A stretch of 63,967 nucleotides of DNA, filler included, from Intoshia linei (taxonomy: Eukaryota > Animalia > Orthonectida), in NCBI GenBank assembly GCA_001642005.1. It is 8 parts of 8 records of this genome, joined end to end, with 100 filler letters (N's around TTAATTAATTAA, not from the genome) between each part and the next. Parts side by side here need not be neighbours in the genome. Positions count along the whole stretch, not along the records: positions 56,110 to 58,457 come from LWCA01002338.1; positions 58,558 to 63,967 come from LWCA01001781.1; 6 more parts are not named here. One strand, 5' to 3'. This document shows positions 56,401 to 63,967 of this stretch, in pieces. The translations under genes and the position numbers were made by a program. Positions within the stretch are counted from its first letter, which is position 1. Every line of letters begins with the position of its first letter. Below the pieces are notes generated by a model, which saw nothing but the letters and a program-made list of their open reading frames with translations, made no database searches and was not told the DNA's origin.

Positions 56401-57330
56401 TCAATTCGGGTTTATCTAAATTTTTAATTATAGACATTAAAGTTTTGCAACACCAACACTAAGTCCTAAGAACTAACTTTGGATCGTGTTACAAATCTTA
56501 CAAACTCACTTTTATAGTTGAGGTATTATATATACATTAACGTTGGTTTTTTTAATTTATTATAGTAAAGTAAATATATTACAATATAACCAGCGTAGTG
56601 ACCAAAAACTGTTATCCCAACATGATCACTATAAGATGGTTATACTGTATCACTATTCAATATTTACCTGTAAATACTGTTTTAATTGTACTAACATTGG
56701 AGGCAAGTTGATTGAAACAATCTGAAATGAAAACAGATTCCCGATATTTTTCATCCATGAAATTGTCATGCTTTTTACTGAAACTATCATTCTTTGAAAA
56801 TGGTACCAATGGACGTGGAATATTGTAATTTTCAAAATTTATCTCAAAATTTTTCAATTTATTTACATTCTTCATATGAGACAAAAAATTTTCAACGTGT
56901 TGTTCAATTACATTATATACCTACCAAAATACATTTAAAATTTTAATTTTAAGCAATTTTTCAACCTGTTTTGTAGTATTTTGATCAATGTTTGCATAAT
57001 AAGGTGTCTAAAAAGTTATAAAAATATAATATGTTAATCACTAAATCATTGACAACAATGTTGATCATTTCATAAATTGGTCCATTTTCATTATTAAATT
57101 CGAAACCAAGTTTTGAATAATTAGACAAAATTCGGTAGATAAATTGCTTCACATAATAACTAAATAATTAATAAAAAGGTATTACAAATTATTGATGAGA
57201 AATTTTTGATTAATATACTTTATTCATGTGAAAAGATAATATACACCGCTCTTCAGCATACTTTATGAAATATATCCGAAAAATATCTTCCAAGGGATCA
57301 ATTCTCCCCCTATTGAGACCACCAAGTTAA
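53414..57330 (-). CDS. Uncharacterised multi-exon gene or genes
   Basis: Several minus-strand open, codon-like segments with AG/GT borders (~53707-53978, 56110-56470, 56668-56920). No recognisable domain. Interrupted by a gap. Confidence 0.35.
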
Positions 57331-58306
57331 CCTATAGTTAATAAGTTTATATAATACTATATTTTAAGCGTAATGAATTAGCGGCCTTCTCAAAAATTAA
57401 TTTAAGTTTTAGTAGATTTTAATACATTGTATATTAGAAAAGACTGCGCTCTAGGGGTATTCCATTTTGGCCTTTTTTTTGAAATGTAAAAAAGACATGT
57501 ATATATAGTGATCATCATTTAATTTGCTGCGGAATGATATAAATCTTTTTTCATTTTGGTCAAAAAAAACACCGCGTATTTACCTTTCCTGCTTTCTTAA
57601 CATTTTTTCAGTCAGTTTCTACTATTTCCCCTATATTCGGATATGTCATAGACAACATGATACTAATTATGCTCATTAAAAAAATAATACAAATGTAATA
57701 TATTCTACAGCAGGTTTCTTAACCGCTGGATCGTGAGTCACGACCCCAAGTGGAGTCGCAAAAAATATTTTTGGGTCGCGCAATTTTATGCAAATTTATT
57801 ATTAAAATAAAAGTTTGAATATTTTAAATTAATATATAATTATATAAATATGAATTATAATTCATACAATATAACAAAATGTAATACATTGACTTGATTA
57901 AAGTTTAATAAAACAAAGTTTAGTTAAACCCTACCGTACACAAACATATTTTACAGGTGTCGGCAGAAAAACTGTAAAAATTAAAATAATTCCAAAAAAG
58001 TTTTTGTAATTTTTTTACAAAATGTTAGTAGTTTGCCATTTTTTCAGTGTTTTTTAAATATTTTGAAATTTTCAATTGTTCGGACTTTACCGTTAGCTTA
58101 TGTTCAATTTTTCGTTGAGCACAATAAAATTTGCTCAGGCGCATCGGTTAAGAATTCTAAGAAAAGTCAGCTGTAGAAAATAGAAGTTATTAATGTTCAA
58201 TTATTGTTGGAGAAAACACAGCTCTAATTTAAACGTATTTATACTCATTAGTCCCCATAACAACATTGTAAATAAATATAGTTCATATTGCATGTATAAT
58301 TTTAGA

Positions 58307-58457
58307 GCAAAAAAATTAAAATCGGAAAATCAAGTTGCAGAAGATGAAAATATGGGAGATAAATTAAATGGTTGGACATTGAACGAAAAAACAAAATTAT
58401 TAAATTATATAAAAGATAAAGATGTAGATTCCATGAATTACGAACAATTACAAAATG
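58307..58457 (+). CDS. Exon with a SANT/Myb-like start (WTLNEKTKLL), truncated by a gap
   Basis: Acceptor TTTTAG followed by an open frame ...GDKLNGWTLNEKTKLLNYIK. Confidence 0.3.
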
Positions 58458-58557
58458 NNNNNNNNNNNNNNNNNNNNNNNNNNNNNNNNNNNNNNNNNNN
58501 NTTAATTAATTAANNNNNNNNNNNNNNNNNNNNNNNNNNNNNNNNNNNNNNNNNNNN

Positions 58558-59166
58558 CAAGGAAGAAACACCAACGTGATTAAATTTGTCGATAAGTTGA
58601 AAGCGTTTTTGTGTAAGCTTGAAAACTGGAAGAGAAAATTGATGCTCAATAATTATTCAATGTTCAACAAAGTTTCTACTGTCGTCGATAGCGAATACAA
58701 AGATTTCGACTTACCGAACCTCGTTAAAATTGACATTATCGATCATTTGACAGCTTTGAGTTGTGCTTTCGATAAATACTTTCCAGAATTAACCGAAGAC
58801 TAAATGGATTGAGTCAAAAATCCTTTTCATTTCCAAATTGAAAGACTTCCTGATAGTTGTCAAGACGAATTCTGTGAATTCATCAATGATTCTACTACAA
58901 AAGATTAATTCTCTCAAAGGGATATAACTGAATTTTGGCTTTTAATGTGTGATTCATATCCAAATATCGCAAAAATGGCGATCCGATCTTTACTCACTTT
59001 CGCATCAACATTCCTATGTGAATCTGGATTTTCGGCGCTTTTAAATATTAAGAACAAACAACGAAACAAATTGGACGTTGAAGATGATCTTCGTTGTGCA
59101 CTCTCCAGTACTCCCCCACGCATTGAAAAACTGATAAAGAAGAAAATGCCATCTAATTCAAAGTGA
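58558..59166 (+). pseudogene. hAT Buster/ZBED8-like transposase C-terminal relic
   Basis: QGRNTNVIKFVDKLKAFLCKLENWK..FDKYFP, followed by YPNIAKMAIRSLLTFASTFLCESGFSALLNIKNKQRNKLDVEDDLRCALS. Contains internal stops. Confidence 0.85.
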
Positions 59167-59391
59167 CGTATAAGTTTTATCTAGGTATGTTTCATTATAT
59201 TAAAAATTGTCATAAATTATATATAAAATAATAAATAATATATTTTATTTACGTGTCTACTGCTTAATAATTCCACACGTTTAATCAAAAATCCTGGCGC
59301 GTAGTAAAGTTTAAAAATGTAAATAAAAAATTGTAAATTTAAATATATTCATCTTATATACCAATTATATCAAAAAATATATTATAGTATA

Positions 59392-61281
59392 TCAAATATT
59401 TAGTGGAGGTAGGGGGAAAATAATATTTCCTAAAACTGAAGGGGTGCATATAGAGTAAATGGTTGAGAACCCCTGCAGTAAAGTCATAAAATTAAAAAAA
59501 ACATCAAAAATAGTTTTTGACTTTAACATAGTGTCACTCTTAACACTATTGATGTAGCTACCCATAGTGGCCAAGCTTCTTTCGGCAATTTCATTTGTAG
59601 GTAATATATCAAATGGGTGTTCTTTCTTCGTCCAATGTCTCATTATACAATGTAAGCTTTGAAATAATGATGATATTATAGGAAAACTTCTAATTCACAC
59701 CAATGGGCTTTTTTTGAAAACGTGAAGTGAACCATTCAGGTGCCCAATATAATGATATGAAGTTACAAGCATCAATCATATTTTGACTTCTATCACTATT
59801 CAGTAAAAACTCCTTGATACAATAAATTGCACGCGAATTACATCTTGCATTGGATAGACACCGAAAACATAAGAAACGCATTATAGGCAACTTTCCATAT
59901 TTTTGATGTTAGATAACCATTACACAAATTTTTCAACTCTCTATAATCATCTCTTCATTCTGTTCCTACATTTAGTGAATCTACAATTTCAATTTGGCCA
60001 TTATATCTTGATTTTAAGTTAATAAAATTTTGTTGTAGTAACGTATTAAAATAATAATCCATATTTATGGAACTTGAATTATAATTGAAGTTAATATAAT
60101 TTAATTTGGTTGAGGACGTGTTTCAAAATTAAATCTAAAATGTGAAATCTACAACCGATAAAAGGTATTTTAAATGATTCAAATTTTTTTTGTAAAAGAG
60201 TTACAGCACCCTGATGTTTTCCTGTAATTGCAGTAGTTTTATCAGTAATAATTAGATATTTTTTCTTTTAAATCAAAATCTGTAATAACTTTTTTAACTG
60301 CATTTGCCACAGATGCGTCTTTACCGTTTGGAAGAGTTTTTGTTCCAATGCAGACTTATAAGAATTTTGACATCCCCTGTAGGCAATTAGAAACTCTTTC
60401 TGCCGTTTTTATCCCCTCTATATAGCTTTTAGTTCTTTTTCCATCAAAATGTATGCAAAAAGTTCCGTCGTAAGATAACAATTTTTCTTTCATAGTCATT
60501 TTGACCTTTAATATATCTCTTAGTTGTGATTTATAAACTCCAACATGTGTAGGAACTCTGCAATTTGGATTTCCTTTAGCTACAATAATTACGGCTTTCC
60601 TCACAGAGGTATTTTTCATCAATGCGACTCTGCCAATATCCTGTGCTTTAAGTTTATTGGGTAATTTTACGTAATCAATATCAGATAAATCATTTTCAAT
60701 TCCTTCGTCATCTTTATATCTTTCATATTGAAAATTGGCCACTTGTAGGCTTTTCTCGGTTTTTTCCCTTGTATAACTGAAAATATATTATATATAAAAC
60801 TTCTTGTAACTAACAATAATTTTTTTCAGTTTTAAGTTGATCAATCCTAAACTGACAGGTTGCAATGAAAAACGAGTCCATAAATCATTAATTTCTTACA
60901 CCAATATATTTAAAATAATAGTCTTAGAAACTCCCGAATTCACCATAATGAGGTGGTGATATCTTTTGAGCACCTTATTCTTAGATGGTAATCTTGTTAT
61001 TTTATTTACATCCTTATCGATTATGTTACTGTAAAGTCTTTTCTTTCTAAATTGCATGTACTTTAGTAATTTAATTAATTTTTTAAATTGATTATAACTT
61101 TATTGATTTAAGGATTTTTTAAGATATTATAAACTTTAATTTTTTTGCGCAAGGGTTACGTCAAAATATGATTATCTAAATATAATAATTGGAGTCTGAA
61201 ATTTTACATACTTGTAGAGAATACAAAATGAACTCATATGGCAAAAATACTTTTTTCTCATTAACTAGGTTAACACCCTAA
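59392..61281 (-). mobile_element. Degenerate hAT-related (hATm-like) transposon
   Basis: Minus-strand motifs CIHFDGK, DKTTAITGKHQGAV, NARCNSRAIYCIK and PTNEIAERS. TTAGGGTG terminus at 61274-61281. Confidence 0.6.
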
Positions 61282-61372
61282 TGTACATTGTACATTATAT
61301 TATATGGTAAGTCGATAATTAATTAAGTAATTTTAGATGAATATACAATAAATAATAATTTAATAAAAATTT

Positions 61373-62959
61373 TCACAAGACAGGTAAACTTGTTGATGGG
61401 TCTTTAGAAGAATAATTAAAATTACGATAAGAGGATAACTCGTATCTATTAACATTAGCTCTTTCCTTGAATTTTGATAGTTTATAAGATTTGAAGGTAA
61501 AGTTTGTGTCATTTAATTTAGACTTTTGGAAATTCATTACATATGTATAATAATTACGTTGATGAACCAGGCATATACCAATAGAGGCAATAAAAAAAGC
61601 ATTAAACATTGTTAGTCTGTGTAATATAACATGCGGCATGACAATAACAAATATACCTTGAAAAGCAAAGTAAATGATGTATAAAACCATATAAATCATG
61701 ATAACTCCTGAATTAAAAGGTAAATGTACTGATCGCTTTGAATAGTCCAAAAAATTTTCTTGCTTTTTGTATTTCATATTTACAATTAAATTTAAAATTA
61801 TTATAAAAACAATGATACAGTATATATACCATTGACTTTTAATTATATCAATATAGTAAGATTGGTATGGATAACACGTGTACATAAAATTTTGAGAAGC
61901 ACTTGAATATACAATTTGATGAAACGACCATTCTGACCAAATAGTATAGAAAGATGTAATTAGTTGTATTGAACCAACCAGCATAGTAGCTATTAAAATC
62001 AACAATGATTTTACTGAAATCAATCTTTTACAGTAAACAATGTCTGTTGCATCAATTATATTTATCCTTTTATTGTTAAAAACATCGATAACATTTTCAG
62101 CATGTCGAATATTATAATACAATCGAGGGTTCAAACTTTTTCGTTTTTTTGTAAATACATTTTTTATTATTTTATATTTGGTATTTCGGATGTTGATTTC
62201 ATCAATTTTTAGGGTTAAGAGACTATAAAGAATGTATAATGATTTCATCAAGATATTGGAAAACATTAAACAAGTGAAGTAGGATACTACAATCATGTTA
62301 ATATTGCATTTTTTGTTTGATACTATTATTACTATACAAATTACATGTAGTACCAAAAGAGTTAATAAATATAAAATATCCACGAAAACACACATTGACA
62401 CTCGATTTGCATAAACTATTAAACCCGTAGTGAATAGGATGTAACACACTGATGCAATGGAAAATGACAAAATTGTTAGATCTATGTCATCTAATGGTAC
62501 TTTATCGTCTAGGACTGATAAGATGAGTTCATAGTAGTGCATTATTTTATACAGATTTGTACAATCCTTTATAGTACTTTTGTTATTATTACATATATTC
62601 AGTGTTTGATTATTCAAAATGTTCTCTGAATATGTTTCAATATTATCAGTGTTATAAATATTACTATCGAGTTTCTTTTTAGTTTCTTTTGCAAATTTTT
62701 CTTGTGGTTTTATATCCATATCTTCATCGTCATTATAATTTCTGATTATCTTTTCACTTTTAAATTTAAAATTTTTCCAGTTTATTAATATCTTCTCCAA
62801 AGTTTTGGGAAAAATTAATCTTGTTTTATTCAAGTTTGAACAATGACAATCAATGTAATTATTTTTTGAGCATTTTGGTAATATATTATCAATGCTCCAG
62901 TAATCTATATGATTGAACTGGATGAATTCTATAGGTTCATAATTTCGCCAATTTAGTAA
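61373..62959 (-). CDS. Class C-like 7TM receptor, large terminal exon (upstream exons outside the window)
   Basis: The open frame extends to an acceptor at 62959 (LLNWRN..PKCSKNNYIDCHC). Seven hydrophobic segments, TM3 CLMFSNILMKS (cf. SxxLxKT), TM4 SIQLI, and an ECL2 Cys (YTCYP). Confidence 0.65.
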   Translation of the reverse strand, partial: LLNWRNYEPIEFIQFNHIDYWSIDNILPKCSKNNYIDCHCSNLNKTRLIFPKTLEKILINWKNFKFKSEKIIRNYNDDEDMDIKPQEKFAKETKKKLDSNIYNTDNIETYSENILNNQTLNICNNNKSTIKDCTNLYKIMHYYELILSVLDDKVPLDDIDLTILSFSIASVCYILFTTGLIVYANRVSMCVFVDILYLLTLLVLHVICIVIIVSNKKCNINMIVVSYFTCLMFSNILMKSLYILYSLLTLKIDEINIRNTKYKIIKNVFTKKRKSLNPRLYYNIRHAENVIDVFNNKRINIIDATDIVYCKRLISVKSLLILIATMLVGSIQLITSFYTIWSEWSFHQIVYSSASQNFMYTCYPYQSYYIDIIKSQWYIYCIIVFIIILNLIVNMKYKKQENFLDYSKRSVHLPFNSGVIMIYMVLYIIYFAFQGIFVIVMPHVILHRLTMFNAFFIASIGICLVHQRNYYTYVMNFQKSKLNDTNFTFKSYKLSKFKERANVNRYELSSYRNFNYSSKDPSTSLPVL

Positions 62960-62996
62960 CTAAAAATTAAATTAAATTCTTACTTATATAAATATA

Positions 62997-63967
62997 CTAG
63001 CTTGGCAGTTTTGTACTACGTACAAACAGCACCTAGCTCTGCCGAGAGCACTCTTTTATTATTTCAAAAAAATAAATTCACGTTGAAAATCTAACTTAAA
63101 AATACCAATTGTGTATAAATAATTAATTCAATCTTCACTTCATAAATATTTCAGTCGAATTTTACCATTATTGCAAAGGATTGTAATATAAAAATGATTA
63201 ATGTTAAAAATGTGTCCATACTTTTGGCCTTTTTTCTTGTGAATGTTACTTTTCTTTTTAGCATTTTATGTTAAATTTGTAACAATTATAAATAAAAAAA
63301 ATAACGTTTCAGTTAATATAAATTTAATTTTATAAATTCGTTGCTGTAGTGTTAAAATTTGACGATTATAAAAAATGTTAGGAAAATGAAAATTTGAAAT
63401 TTAAAAATTGCTTAGCAATGAAAAAAATTCAGAAGGAATGAATTATATAGATTTTCACCCATATTTCTTCATTGGAAATGTGTAGACCTACAATACACAT
63501 TTTTTTTGAAATTGTAGGATCGATATTTACATTTTCAATTTTTGATTTTAATTAAAATATTTAAAAAATATTGATTGATAATAAATTAAAAATTATTTTT
63601 CACCGGGAATGCGTAGATTTCTGGGATTGAAATTTTGTATTTATATCAACTGGAATAAGCTCTATTAGAATAATCCTTATTTTAAATTTTTGGACCGTTA
63701 ATTATTTCATATTTTTTGGTTTATTAAAATATTTCGGAAAAAAAATATATGAATACTAAAATGCTTTTTTGATCGTGAAGTCGTCAACTTATTCGGATTG
63801 AAATTTTTTATGTGTGTTAACAGGATACAACTGTACCTGTATTTGGCAATGAAGGTATAATTTTTTTAAATTTAAATTTATGATTATGTTTATGATTTTA
63901 AAATTAGCATCAACGTATATATTTTTTTAAATTCTCTAACTCGTTTAATTTTCAAAAAGAGGGACAA
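62997..63967 (-). mobile_element. Helitron-like family copy running off the window end
   Basis: CTAG 3' terminus plus GTACTACGTAC hairpin at 62997-63025. Family core at 63410-63967. Confidence 0.65.

Overview
Very AT-rich eukaryotic genomic DNA, most likely a compact metazoan, with many ~35-45 nt GT-AG introns. An orthonectid-like parasite genome would fit, but that is inference only. Eight scaffold gaps each carry an artificial TTAATTAATTAA spacer. Host genes I could reconstruct by hand: two tandem 5-exon class C GPCR paralogs (minus strand), a small secreted furin-like Cys-repeat gene, RPL31 (partial), CTP synthase (complete), the last exon of a casein kinase 1, the 3' part of HIBCH, an endosulfine/ARPP19, the 5' part of a SMYD methyltransferase, and a third class C-like 7TM exon. 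Intronic and intergenic DNA is dense with DNA transposons: a high-copy non-autonomous Helitron-like family, hAT/Charlie and piggyBac MITEs, and pogo/Tigger, hAT and Chapaev-like relics. The most striking region is 46.6-51.4 kb, which holds intron-free, degraded endogenous RNA-virus sequence. A virga/tobamo-like superfamily-1 helicase (47.4-48.06 kb) and a totivirus-like dsRNA RdRp (50.4-51.3 kb) lie in the same orientation, separated only by transposon-derived and AT-rich filler DNA. They may be the fossil of a chimeric, helicase-bearing toti-like virus.
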